The translations under genes were made by a program, and so were the position numbers. The notes under the pieces are model-generated. The model worked only from the letters and a program-made list of their open reading frames with translations, was not told where the DNA came from and did not search any database. DNA of 64,000 nt from a virus. Below, in pieces: positions 28,396 to 38,062 of the stretch. The stretch lies in IMG/VR virus record IMGVR_UViG_3300030103_004816; one strand, written 5' to 3'. Position 1 is the stretch's first letter. Every line of letters begins with the position of its first letter.

Positions 28396-28791
28396 CTACT
28401 TCTTTTTTCCAATATTATATTTTGCAATAAGTTCCCAATCATGCTTTTCTTTGAATGGAATTATCTTAATTTTTGTTATTGGAACAACTGGGTCACTTGA
28501 TTTACTTTTATCAACAAGTTTTACTAAGCCCCATTCATCTAATAGGTTAGCAATTGAATTTCTTCTGCCTTGATCTTCTTCTGAAAAAGTAAAAGGTTTA
28601 CCATCTAATGCGAATAGTTCTTTAAAGTGAACTATGTAGTATTTGCCTTGTTTATGTAGTATATGACATGATTGGAATAAAGTATTTGTCTTTCTAGATG
28701 CTACGCCTATTCTAGTTAACGTCTCTCTTACTTTAAGAAAGTCGTCTTCTTTTTCTAGTAATACCTCAACCATATTTGAAACTGCGTTCAT
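28396..28791 (-). CDS. regA: Translational repressor RegA
   Basis: DDFLKVRETLTRIGVAS, QSCHILHKQGKYYIVHFKELFALDG. Confidence 0.97.
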   Translation of the reverse strand: MNAVSNMVEVLLEKEDDFLKVRETLTRIGVASRKTNTLFQSCHILHKQGKYYIVHFKELFALDGKPFTFSEEDQGRRNSIANLLDEWGLVKLVDKSKSSDPVVPITKIKIIPFKEKHDWELIAKYNIGKKK

Positions 28792-29171
28792 TATTTATTA
28801 CCTTTTGTTAATCTCTTGCGCAGTTTTTCTAATTGAGTTTCTGATAGGATATTTAGATACTCGAGAGCTTTAGACTCACTACACTTATAATATTCTTTTA
28901 ATAGTTCTAAATCCTCGTTCTTTGTTTTCTTGAACCATTTACTGTATCTCTTTCGAGGTCTAATACTATTTAGGTAATAATCATATGCGAGCTTATTATC
29001 TATCCAAGGTCTCCTATTTATTTCATTAGCATATAAAATAGTATCTGCATACAAAGAGAGTCCTTTATTCACTAGAAAGCCTGGATAGTCTTTTTCAGCG
29101 TATCCATCTTTAAGTAAGTTATTTTTCTTAAATGAAACTGAATTTATAAATTCAAAAGGATTGTCACTCAT
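28791..29171 (-). CDS. 62: Clamp loader small subunit gp62
   Basis: PFEFINS, YP.FLVNKGLS, RPRKRYSKW; synteny. Confidence 0.92.
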   Translation of the reverse strand: MSDNPFEFINSVSFKKNNLLKDGYAEKDYPGFLVNKGLSLYADTILYANEINRRPWIDNKLAYDYYLNSIRPRKRYSKWFKKTKNEDLELLKEYYKCSESKALEYLNILSETQLEKLRKRLTKGNK

Positions 29172-29391
29172 TGTCTTTATATTCGCTTTTCAATTTTTCT
29201 ATATAGATAGTTGCATCCATCAACTCTTCTTGCAAATGAGTAAGCCAAGCTAAGAAAGATAAATCGTTTCTATCTGTGGTAGTATTATACTTCTTAGCCC
29301 CCTTCTCCTCACGTCTCTCATAAGCTTCTATAACAGATAGTACATTGCTATCACGTCTACGTTTTCTTTTAAATATTTTACTTAAATTCAC
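29164..29391 (-). CDS. Small all-alpha protein, possible NTP pyrophosphatase-like
   Basis: GAKKY and HLQEELMDATIY motifs. Confidence 0.45.
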   Translation of the reverse strand: MNLSKIFKRKRRRDSNVLSVIEAYERREEKGAKKYNTTTDRNDLSFLAWLTHLQEELMDATIYIEKLKSEYKDNE

Positions 29392-30322
29392 AATTCACCA
29401 TTATTTCTGCTAAGCAAGCAGCTAAATTTACTTCATGATCCGCTACGAAAGCAGCCTTATATTGATAGTCAGCAAGTATTAAACATAGCTGAGGTATAGA
29501 CTGAGCTTTAAACAAGTCACCAGACTTATCATATAGCTTTCTAAAGATAGTATTAGTATCATTATTAATATTTTCAGCTACCCACTTACGTACATTAGTA
29601 TAGTTTTTAGCTTTCATATTATTCATCAGATCTTTTATAGAAACTTCTTGAAGATTAGAAAGTATACCAGCATCTATTTTACCAACAACACTATACCTTT
29701 GAATCTCATTTAAGATTCTTCTCCAATCAGGGAAATGTTTTTGAATAAAAGCAGCTACTACTTTATCTTCATACTCAATACTTTCCATCTCTAAGATCTT
29801 TTTTAATCTTTCAAAGAACTCAGAAGCAAGCTTAGGCTTCTCAGCGCTTTTTATATCAAAGTCAATAACAGAACATCTGCTATGCAGAGGAGATATGATT
29901 CTATTCTTAAAATTACAAGTAAGAATAAAACCACAGTTCTTAGAATACTCTTCCATAAAGTTACGAAGAGCAGGTTGAGTAGAATTAGCGTTTAAGTAAT
30001 CAGCTTCATCTAGTATAACATATTTACGACCACCTTGAAAAGAGACCGAAGATGCGAATTGCATAATCTCAGTTCTTAGCGTATCAATATTACCAGATAA
30101 GGAGCCATTTATAATAATATAATCAGCATTAATCTCTTCGAGCATAGCTCTGGCGACAGTAGTTTTACCGACACCAGGCCCGCCCGATAATATTAGATTA
30201 GGAATATTATTATTAGCTATAAACTCTTTAAATACAGTCTTTAACTCATAAGGTAATATAGTATCATCTATTTTACGTGGACGATACTTCTCCACGAACA
30301 AAAATTCGTCACGTTGTTGCAT
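29378..30322 (-). CDS. 44: Clamp loader large subunit gp44
   Basis: VEKYRP, GPGVGKT, ILDEAD, HSRC. Confidence 0.97.
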   Translation of the reverse strand: MQQRDEFLFVEKYRPRKIDDTILPYELKTVFKEFIANNNIPNLILSGGPGVGKTTVARAMLEEINADYIIINGSLSGNIDTLRTEIMQFASSVSFQGGRKYVILDEADYLNANSTQPALRNFMEEYSKNCGFILTCNFKNRIISPLHSRCSVIDFDIKSAEKPKLASEFFERLKKILEMESIEYEDKVVAAFIQKHFPDWRRILNEIQRYSVVGKIDAGILSNLQEVSIKDLMNNMKAKNYTNVRKWVAENINNDTNTIFRKLYDKSGDLFKAQSIPQLCLILADYQYKAAFVADHEVNLAACLAEIMVNCEFK

Positions 30323-30337
30323 AATATAAAACTCATT

Positions 30338-30850
30338 TTAGGCAGTCTTTTCAAGCCATTCAAGAACAGACTCAGGAGATGATTCACCATACGGATCTTC
30401 CGGATGATCATCTTCTTGCCCGGGCTCATCAAATAGTTTGACAAGAACACCATTATCAATAACAGCTGCATATCGCCAGCTTCTCACACCAAAACATAAA
30501 TTATCTTTACATACTGACATTCCCATACCATCAGTAAATTCACCTGAACCATCAGGTATCATTTTTACTTTAGTTATCCCTTGCTGCTCAGCCCAAGCAT
30601 TCATTACGAATGTATCGTTAACTGATAAGCAATAGACTTCATCTATGCCAAGATCAACAAAGTTCTCATAGTTCTCTTCATATCCTGGTAATTGTTTAGA
30701 TGAACATGTAGGAGTAAAAGCACCTGGTAATGCAAATAGAACTACTCTTTTATGACCGAATAGCTCATAAGATGTTACCTGCTTCCATTCACCTAACTCT
30801 CTTACTTTAAAAGTAACAGCAGGTACAGCTTGTCCTTCTTCTATATACAT
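30338..30850 (-). CDS. Peroxiredoxin (Prx5/PRX5-like)
   Basis: LPGAFTPTCS, SVNDTFVMNAW, RSWRYA. Confidence 0.93.
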   Translation of the reverse strand: MYIEEGQAVPAVTFKVRELGEWKQVTSYELFGHKRVVLFALPGAFTPTCSSKQLPGYEENYENFVDLGIDEVYCLSVNDTFVMNAWAEQQGITKVKMIPDGSGEFTDGMGMSVCKDNLCFGVRSWRYAAVIDNGVLVKLFDEPGQEDDHPEDPYGESSPESVLEWLEKTA

Positions 30851-30851
30851 T

Positions 30852-31532
30852 TTAGTCTCCTCTCTCAAAATTAGATTTAGCTTCAGTAGCAATCCAATAT
30901 TCCATTTTAGGACCATATGAATTACTTGAAGAAAATTTAGCGATACCCTTTTCAGATATCTCTACTATATAATTATAATTCATTAACTTTAGATTCTCAA
31001 CTTTAAATATAAATTGAAACTCATCTTTAGTTTCTCCTACCTCACTAGAATAAACATCCGCGGTAGGATTAGAAGAATCAATAGCACTTAAAGCTATCTC
31101 TCCTGAACTTCCTATAATAGCTATCTCAGGCAGACCCATTACAGAAGCTGCTCTAAGTACCTGTTGCATTTCAGCCCATGATATATCTACAGATACTTCA
31201 GGAGAAGGAAAGTTTATTTCTTTCTCAGGAGGAGTAATAATCATCTGAGGATCAGCATAGGTATAATTTATTTTCTTTTTATCTTTTTGAACAGTTACTT
31301 TCTGATCGCTAAAGAATAATTCAGGTTCATCAAACAAAGATAACACTCCTAGGAATCTATTTAAGTCGTAAATAGCTCCTTCACCAGGAAATGTTTCTTC
31401 AATAGTAGCTCTAGCCATAACAGTCTTTTGAGGTGATACAGTAGATAATACTTGCCCAGCTTTAAACTGAATAGAAGGATTAATTTGAGAATAGTTCTTT
31501 AGAACATTCATAGTATTTTCACTTAATTGCAT
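30852..31532 (-). CDS. 45: Sliding clamp gp45
   Basis: MQLSENT..VLKNY..INPSI, IYDLNRFL, YWIATE. Confidence 0.95.
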   Translation of the reverse strand: MQLSENTMNVLKNYSQINPSIQFKAGQVLSTVSPQKTVMARATIEETFPGEGAIYDLNRFLGVLSLFDEPELFFSDQKVTVQKDKKKINYTYADPQMIITPPEKEINFPSPEVSVDISWAEMQQVLRAASVMGLPEIAIIGSSGEIALSAIDSSNPTADVYSSEVGETKDEFQFIFKVENLKLMNYNYIVEISEKGIAKFSSSNSYGPKMEYWIATEAKSNFERGD

Positions 31533-31546
31533 AATATAATATCCTT

Positions 31547-32548
31547 TTATTTTTTAGAAGTTTCAGCTACAGTTTTCTTTTTAATCTTAGATTCATCAGC
31601 AGTAGCACTAGCGCCTACAGAAGCTAAGTCTCTTAATGAACCACCAAAGATCATAGACCCTACATGAGTAAGTTCCATCCAAGGGCATAACCAGACTTTA
31701 AGTCCTATATTTCTAGCCCATTGACAGAACATATAATCTTCAGATAAATATCTATTAGAGTATTCTTTTCTTTCTTCACCAGTTCTTTTTTCTGATAAGA
31801 ATTCTAATACTTCTTTCTTACCTGCTTCAGGATTCTTATCGTAGAAAGCTGTAACTTCGTTTACTACATTTAGATTCTTATCATCTATTATAGCATCAAA
31901 GTAGGCCATAATCTCTCTACTTCCATCAAATTCTGCAGTTCTTACATGGTCAGGCTTATACCATAATTGAGGATAAGCATCTCTATATTTTTCAAACGTT
32001 GCTCTTCTAATCATCATAAAACCAGTTCCACCTTCTAAAACTTCTTGAGGTTCATCTAGTCTAATCTGGTTATTACCTTGCACAGGATTGAATACATAAT
32101 CACCTACAAACTTGTTTAGTACTTGAGGGTCTTCATCAGCTACTCCTTGATCAACAGCTTGCTTAACCTTTTCCCATGATATACATTTCTTAGCATAAGG
32201 AGCACATAAGATATCAAAAGGATCACCATTATTAATATCTGGATGACCATCTGACATAGCTAACAAAGCAATAACATCATTAGCATTAAACCCTATATCA
32301 CTATCGATAAACATAAGATGCGTACAATCAGATCTCATAAATTCATCTACACAATAGTTACGGGCTCTCGTCACAAGAGACTCATTAAAGAGATAGTAAA
32401 ATTTTACCTCAATATTATGAGCTCTAGCCACAGCTGCTAGATCGTTAGTAGATTTACAGAACATTCCAGCACACTGACCTCCATACATTGGAGCAGCTAC
32501 AAAGAGTTTCTTCTTCTGCAGCTCTTCTATTTTAACTTGTAATTCCAT
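31547..32548 (-). CDS. Glycosyltransferase GT-A fold-like protein
   Basis: PMYGG, ESLVTRARN, THLMFIDSDI (DxD), GTGFMMI, YLSEDYMFC. Confidence 0.7.
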   Translation of the reverse strand: MELQVKIEELQKKKLFVAAPMYGGQCAGMFCKSTNDLAAVARAHNIEVKFYYLFNESLVTRARNYCVDEFMRSDCTHLMFIDSDIGFNANDVIALLAMSDGHPDINNGDPFDILCAPYAKKCISWEKVKQAVDQGVADEDPQVLNKFVGDYVFNPVQGNNQIRLDEPQEVLEGGTGFMMIRRATFEKYRDAYPQLWYKPDHVRTAEFDGSREIMAYFDAIIDDKNLNVVNEVTAFYDKNPEAGKKEVLEFLSEKRTGEERKEYSNRYLSEDYMFCQWARNIGLKVWLCPWMELTHVGSMIFGGSLRDLASVGASATADESKIKKKTVAETSKK

Positions 32549-32988
32549 TACTCACCTATTTTGACTATTACTAATTCAGCTACTTCTGATCCAGGCTGAA
32601 TAAAAGCTTCTCCACCATTTATAATAAGTTGACCAGATACTAATCCTTTATAGCCAGGTTCTAGTAAACTACTTACTACGCTACAACCACCAGCTAACAT
32701 CTCTGTAGGTGTAACTAGATAACCAACATGCCCTTCAGGCACATTAGCATATACGTCACTAGTAAATTCATAACTACCAGGGAACATATGATAGATCTCT
32801 CTTTTCTTTTCTGGGTCACCAGGATCAATCATAGTCTGTATTTCATAAGTTTCTCTTTCGAGCTTTTGATCATCAGTAATAACAAAAGGATTACCTTGAA
32901 ATCCTCTTATTGTTTTAGCGTTAACTGGTACTGAAAAACCAGTAGAATCATCTACACCGTTAACGTGCTTAATTGGGTCTACTAACAT
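32548..32988 (-). CDS. Degenerate dUTPase-fold protein
   Basis: PGSYEF, SLLEPGYKG, VAEL parallel to neighbour; motif 2 RS missing. Confidence 0.6.
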   Translation of the reverse strand: MLVDPIKHVNGVDDSTGFSVPVNAKTIRGFQGNPFVITDDQKLERETYEIQTMIDPGDPEKKREIYHMFPGSYEFTSDVYANVPEGHVGYLVTPTEMLAGGCSVVSSLLEPGYKGLVSGQLIINGGEAFIQPGSEVAELVIVKIGE

Positions 32989-32997
32989 TATATACTC

Positions 32998-33489
32998 CTA
33001 AATATATTTTTTATCATGTTCTTTCGATAAACCATAATCACCATCATATAGTTTAAGACTTTCGGCATCAAATAATAAGAACTGACCGAGTCTAGTTCCT
33101 TTCTTAACTCTAAACAAGCCACCATTTACATGTAATGCACCTGCCATGACTCCTTGATACCCTGAGTCATATAGTCCTGAAGTTATAAACACTCCGTTTC
33201 TATTTAAAGTTGATCTTGTAATAACAAATCCTGCTTCACCAGGAGCTATAGTTACAATATTCTGAAAAGTTATTTCGTAAGAGCCAGGTTTAAGATTAAA
33301 GTATCCATCCTCATCGGACGCGAGCACTTTACTGCCTCTATGCAATTTTTGATCTTCGTCTAAAACAAAGTCTTTATGATTAAGTTCAAATATTTTATCA
33401 AGTCTTAGATCGACTGCATTAGGTTGAATATCTTGAGGTAAGACATTCGATAGTTTAGATTCATTTTTATCACTTGCGATATTCTTCAT
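32998..33489 (-). CDS. Trimeric dUTPase/dCTP deaminase-family protein
   Basis: QPNAVDLRL, RSTLNRNG, GLYDSGYQG, RLGQF, YDGDYG. Confidence 0.85.
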   Translation of the reverse strand: MKNIASDKNESKLSNVLPQDIQPNAVDLRLDKIFELNHKDFVLDEDQKLHRGSKVLASDEDGYFNLKPGSYEITFQNIVTIAPGEAGFVITRSTLNRNGVFITSGLYDSGYQGVMAGALHVNGGLFRVKKGTRLGQFLLFDAESLKLYDGDYGLSKEHDKKYI

Positions 33490-33492
33490 AAT

Positions 33493-34119
33493 TTATCCAA
33501 AGTAGTAAGGGTTCTCTTTTGTGGTAAAGCTAGGCCCTTCATTCATTATATACTCTTTAAAGTCCAAAGTCCATATCTTATTCGGAATTAAAGGTTCAGC
33601 ACCAGGGAATTTGGTACTACTAATATTTAGCTTACTATCAACAAATAGAGGAGAAATTTCGTTACGAAATAATTTTATATCTCCGTCTACATATCTTAAG
33701 CAAGCAAACGTTCCATCTACGTCGTTTAGAGATTTATCTTCAATCAACCAATCATGAAGTAAACCAGTATCCCATTTAAGGTCACTGGAAAGAGCACTTT
33801 GCATCTCTTCAACAAAGTTCTCTTTTAGAATACCGTTGTGCCATAGAAGATCATGTCCATCGTTACGATCGCTAGGATGAATACTTTCTATGGCCGAAGC
33901 CTCGGTAGTAGGAGCTTGGATGTGAGCGACGTAATACATCCCAGCTGTTAGCTCAACATTATCTAAGCTAAACCGCCCCATACATTTCTGCTTCGTTAGC
34001 AACTTTTTAGTGTTCGGGCTATATTCAGATATTGAGAAGCTTCTTTCACCTCTATAAGAGTTTAATAAAGCTAACTCCTTGAGTTTATTAACTTCAAACG
34101 ATCCAAATATTGCACACAT
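33493..34119 (-). CDS. Class II (Ntn) glutamine amidotransferase
   Basis: MCAIFG N-terminal Cys, RG, H.QAPT, HP, HNG, DT, GTFA. Confidence 0.85.
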   Translation of the reverse strand: MCAIFGSFEVNKLKELALLNSYRGERSFSISEYSPNTKKLLTKQKCMGRFSLDNVELTAGMYYVAHIQAPTTEASAIESIHPSDRNDGHDLLWHNGILKENFVEEMQSALSSDLKWDTGLLHDWLIEDKSLNDVDGTFACLRYVDGDIKLFRNEISPLFVDSKLNISSTKFPGAEPLIPNKIWTLDFKEYIMNEGPSFTTKENPYYFG

Positions 34120-34121
34120 AT

Positions 34122-34886
34122 TTAACTAATCTCATGTTTCGAGACAGCTAGACTCCAATCAAAGGAATCAACATAAGGTATAGGATCCTTATGACCTGCC
34201 TTTATAAAATTCATTACTCTTTCAGCACATGAAGGACATGTACCGCATGACTTATCTCCATCAGGATTATAGCATGTTATAGTACTAGAAAGCAACTCTA
34301 ATTTACCCATATCTTCAGCTATTTCAATTTCTTGCTTTTTACTTAGCTGACTAAAAGGAGCTACTATTTCTACTTTAAAGGTTCTATTCTGACTAGCAAC
34401 TGCATTAAGACTATCTACAAACTTCTGAGACGTATCCCAATAACCATATTCATCATGAACTTGCAGCCCAGTAAAGACATGAGAAGCTTTAGCAACTTCT
34501 GCTACTGACATAGTTAAAGATAACATAATCAGATTTCTAAAAGGTACATAGGTAGGTGGCTGCGGGTCGCCAAGGACGTCTTTTATATCTGGCATTTCCA
34601 CGCTTGTGCCACCTATGTTCGCTGACATAGGTTTAGCTATATCGCCAAGAATACTTAAGTCAAGTATCTTATGACGTATACCAAGTTTGTTACATAGTTC
34701 AAAAGCTTTCTCTAACTCTACTCTCTGCTTCTGACCATAATCATAACTTACAGCAGATACTCTATCTTTACCATATTTTTCTACTAGCATCATAGTCATA
34801 ACAGAAGAATCAAGTCCTCCTGAAAGTACTGCTAATACATTCTGATTAGTATCAGGTAAATTATTTAAAGCTTCAGTTAGATTCAT
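34122..34886 (-). CDS. queC: 7-cyano-7-deazaguanine synthase
   Basis: SGGLDS, YGQK, TYVPFRN, TCY...CGTCPSC. Confidence 0.95.
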   Translation of the reverse strand: MNLTEALNNLPDTNQNVLAVLSGGLDSSVMTMMLVEKYGKDRVSAVSYDYGQKQRVELEKAFELCNKLGIRHKILDLSILGDIAKPMSANIGGTSVEMPDIKDVLGDPQPPTYVPFRNLIMLSLTMSVAEVAKASHVFTGLQVHDEYGYWDTSQKFVDSLNAVASQNRTFKVEIVAPFSQLSKKQEIEIAEDMGKLELLSSTITCYNPDGDKSCGTCPSCAERVMNFIKAGHKDPIPYVDSFDWSLAVSKHEIS

Positions 34887-35076
34887 TTAGTACCTTTATT
34901 CCCATTACATAATTTTCTGCTGCATTCTCTGCCCATATCTCTGCTTTACCAGGATATGTTTCCTTTGCAACTTCTTTTCCGTCTATAAAAAATACAGCTC
35001 CATAACAACCATTCTCTACGAAAGTTCTAGCTGTTTTTTCACCGTCCATATATTCACTTAAAAATGTTTCGCTCAT
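34873..35076 (-). CDS. Hypothetical protein
   Basis: Coupled ORF, AENAAENYVMG motif. Confidence 0.6.
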   Translation of the reverse strand: MSETFLSEYMDGEKTARTFVENGCYGAVFFIDGKEVAKETYPGKAEIWAENAAENYVMGIKVLNESN

Positions 35077-36008
35077 TATTGCCTCGCTGTTTTTCTATGA
35101 GGTATATCTGCCTCAACTAAAGTAGAAGCTATCTTATCTATTAGATCTTGCGAAGTAGCTCTGATAGGATTAATATCTATACCACCTCTTCTAGTATATA
35201 AGCATGCTACTAATATTTCAGTATCATCTTCTAATATATCTCTTAGTCTTTTAAATATACACTCACATATTTCCTCATGGAAATGATTCTCTTTTCTCAT
35301 ACTAACTATATACTTCATAAGAGATTCAGGAGTAACACAATCTTCTCCTTCTATATGAATATATACATCACCCCAATCAGGCTGGTTAGTAATTCTACAA
35401 TTAGATCTTAATGCACTAGATGTAACCTGAAAAGGCATAAAGCCAAGCATAGGAGCATGCTCTAGTATTTTAGGATCTTCTTCGTATTCAACAAATTCTA
35501 TATCATCTTGTTCTATAAGAGACTCTAATCTAACAAAGTGACCTTTGATAGGAGCAGCAGGTAGTTCATTCTCATCATCATAATGGAACCAAACATCTAC
35601 ATCACACTCTAAAGCATCTCTTAGATCATCTTCTATCATTTGCTTAGCTTTGACTATAGCTCTAGTTAAACTATTACCAAACCTATGCATATTAAATGAG
35701 TTAAGATATAACTTTAACGATTTAGATTCAACTATACATTCACTATCAGACGGGTATACTATTTTTACTACACCGCTAACAGGGAATCCATTATCTAATA
35801 AAAATGATACTTCGTAACAGTTCCAGGTATCAAAACCTACAAACGGTAAATCATCTTCATTAATATTATATTCTTCTCTATTAAGTACTCTTGGTACCGG
35901 AACAAGCAAGCTTTTATCAGCTCTATCAGGAGTAACATAAGGCTTAACTATAGAGCCGTCTCCTGCTTTACCTAAATGTTTACTAACAATTTTATCTAAT
36001 TTTTTCAT
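35076..36008 (-). CDS. queF: NADPH-dependent preQ0 reductase (bimodular QueF)
   Basis: ESKSLKLYLNSF QueF motif, SNCRITNQPDWG, HFHEE, YTRRGGIDINP. Confidence 0.95.
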   Translation of the reverse strand: MKKLDKIVSKHLGKAGDGSIVKPYVTPDRADKSLLVPVPRVLNREEYNINEDDLPFVGFDTWNCYEVSFLLDNGFPVSGVVKIVYPSDSECIVESKSLKLYLNSFNMHRFGNSLTRAIVKAKQMIEDDLRDALECDVDVWFHYDDENELPAAPIKGHFVRLESLIEQDDIEFVEYEEDPKILEHAPMLGFMPFQVTSSALRSNCRITNQPDWGDVYIHIEGEDCVTPESLMKYIVSMRKENHFHEEICECIFKRLRDILEDDTEILVACLYTRRGGIDINPIRATSQDLIDKIASTLVEADIPHRKTARQ

Positions 36009-36532
36009 TTTATTACCTTCATTATTTGATCTAGTCTTTCTCTAACAGATCCAGATACTCTAACTATCTCTCTAGGCATTTCACTAATATAGCCTTCAAA
36101 TAATTCTACTATCTCATCTCTAAAGCTAGGATCAATTGATCTCACACCATCATCTACTATTTTAAACTCAGGTGGTATATAAAATATATAATCATATTCA
36201 TGTATAATCTTATCGTAGATAGCTTTTACTATATCAAGAGTATCTTTACTAACCTTTTTATGTAGATGTAAATAAGCAGTATATACTAATCCATCTAAGG
36301 CAGTTCTATCAGTTAACATATCATTATACATGAATACATTGAATACATGCTTTTGCATGATTAGTTCTTGCGTTAAGTCAGAACCAGCTTCATTTATATC
36401 TAGTCCTAATTTAATAAGCTCTCGAGTCACTTCATCGCATATAGCATACGTCTTAAATTTTTTCTCAGACCTTAACGCGTTAAGTAAAGTAGTCTTACCT
36501 ACTGATTGAGCACCAGTTATTCCTATCTTCAT
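36005..36532 (-). CDS. P-loop nucleotide kinase (AAA_28/NadR-like)
   Basis: GAQSVGKTT, DRTALD, DDGVR. Confidence 0.8.
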   Translation of the reverse strand: MKIGITGAQSVGKTTLLNALRSEKKFKTYAICDEVTRELIKLGLDINEAGSDLTQELIMQKHVFNVFMYNDMLTDRTALDGLVYTAYLHLHKKVSKDTLDIVKAIYDKIIHEYDYIFYIPPEFKIVDDGVRSIDPSFRDEIVELFEGYISEMPREIVRVSGSVRERLDQIMKVIK

Positions 36533-37038
36533 ACTTTACCTATCAAAAATGATGACCATAAATTTATAGCCAGTTGTCTTAATTCTTCTATCAAATCTTT
36601 CTCACTTATACCTTTCTTAATATCATGAACAGCTACCATTTGAGTCTCACCAGTATCTACACCTTCATCTACTTGATGAATAACAACACCAGTACTATCT
36701 AAGCCTAACTCTAAAGCTTTCTTCTGAGGATCTTTACCTCTTAGTTCAGGATACTTAATAGTATCACCAGGATGAACGTTATACATAGTCTTAGATATAG
36801 CAGCTTCAGGTACAATTCTATTATAACCATGCAAGGTTACAAAAGGATCATCGTCAGCGCAAGCAATTAACCAATCATGTATATCTTTTGCTTCCATATA
36901 AGATACTTTACTTCTTAAACGCTCATCAATTTTAGTAACTTCAAATTGATTAGTAACTATATGATCAGGCTCTTTACCTAACGTATCTATAACTGAAGCT
37001 AGTTCGCTTCCTGAATGACTAAAAATTGCTACCCACAT
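36529..37038 (-). CDS. PurN-like formyltransferase (candidate DpdN)
   Basis: FSHSGS, LHGY, NVHPG, GVVIHQVDEGVDTG. Confidence 0.85.
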   Translation of the reverse strand: MWVAIFSHSGSELASVIDTLGKEPDHIVTNQFEVTKIDERLRSKVSYMEAKDIHDWLIACADDDPFVTLHGYNRIVPEAAISKTMYNVHPGDTIKYPELRGKDPQKKALELGLDSTGVVIHQVDEGVDTGETQMVAVHDIKKGISEKDLIEELRQLAINLWSSFLIGKV

Positions 37039-37823
37039 ATATTTTCTCTAAACTTTAACATATTATAGAATACACTATACTGATGTTCAACCTTTTCTTC
37101 CATTAAAGTAAACAATTTAACTGACTCTTTATCATTTAAACCAAATACTCCATCTTCTAATTCTTCGTACTTAATATTTTTCATACCATGCACTACAGGA
37201 TTAGAAGTATCAATAGTATCAATCCAGTCATACTCTTTATATGCTGTAAACTCCTGAGGTAAACCAGCTCCTAATAGATGATGATCTTTCTCAGTGTTTA
37301 TTATATTCTTATCTAACATATCACTAAGTAATTTTTGCCTACCTTTCATCCATGATACGTATTTATTCTCTTCATCAGGAAATAAATCTTCATAATAACT
37401 ATAGTCAAATGATATAGCAATTATATCTGCATTTTCATTCATATAATTATAGCATTCGATTATTTCATCCCAATCTTTACCTTGAACAACACCAATTTTG
37501 AGACCTGGTAAGTCTTTATATCGTTCCATCCATGAACTAAAGTTCTTAATTGTTGTATCTTTCTGTTCCAATGCATCTGGTACGATATAAGCAGAAGGTT
37601 TTAATTGCTTTATCCAAGCAGCAAACTCATCCGCATTGAAAGCCTCACCAAGCTCAAAAATTGAATTATCAAGAATAGTATATCTACCTTTCTTTTTAGC
37701 TTCTACGAAGTGATTATAGTATGCAGGAAGTTCTTCAAAAAGATGAACTAATGCATAATCATAGTCAGTACTTTCACTGACCTTATCGATTATATCTAAA
37801 GGTGCTTCGTGGGCTATTCTCAT
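37029..37823 (-). CDS. TGT/DpdA-like TIM-barrel protein (candidate DpdA3-type)
   Basis: ILDNS, VPD, GVVQG, HLLG, IDTS motifs in TGT order; located inside que cluster. Confidence 0.7.
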   Translation of the reverse strand: MRIAHEAPLDIIDKVSESTDYDYALVHLFEELPAYYNHFVEAKKKGRYTILDNSIFELGEAFNADEFAAWIKQLKPSAYIVPDALEQKDTTIKNFSSWMERYKDLPGLKIGVVQGKDWDEIIECYNYMNENADIIAISFDYSYYEDLFPDEENKYVSWMKGRQKLLSDMLDKNIINTEKDHHLLGAGLPQEFTAYKEYDWIDTIDTSNPVVHGMKNIKYEELEDGVFGLNDKESVKLFTLMEEKVEHQYSVFYNMLKFRENICG

Positions 37824-38062
37824 TCGAAATAATTTTCTACTATATCTACTAGTTCTTTGTATTCAGCTATTTGTTTAAACTCATGCTCTAAAGAAGACAT
37901 TATATCAGGATGGTCAGCTACACCAACTTGCTTTTGTAATAATACTTCTACATTCAAAACGTGCTTAGAGATATTAGCTGTAAATAATTGTTTACTAGCT
38001 GATAGTAATTCATCTCTAAGATCTACTTTATTAACCTCTACAGGTTTCTGTTCAATACTCAT
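37820..38062 (-). CDS. Hypothetical protein
   Basis: NVEVLL...VGVADHPDI motif. Confidence 0.65.
   Translation of the reverse strand: MSIEQKPVEVNKVDLRDELLSASKQLFTANISKHVLNVEVLLQKQVGVADHPDIMSSLEHEFKQIAEYKELVDIVENYFE

Noticed and set aside
36529-37038. Annotation as purN purine-biosynthesis auxiliary gene
   Set aside because: No other pur genes in the window, divergent N-terminal loop, and embedded among que genes
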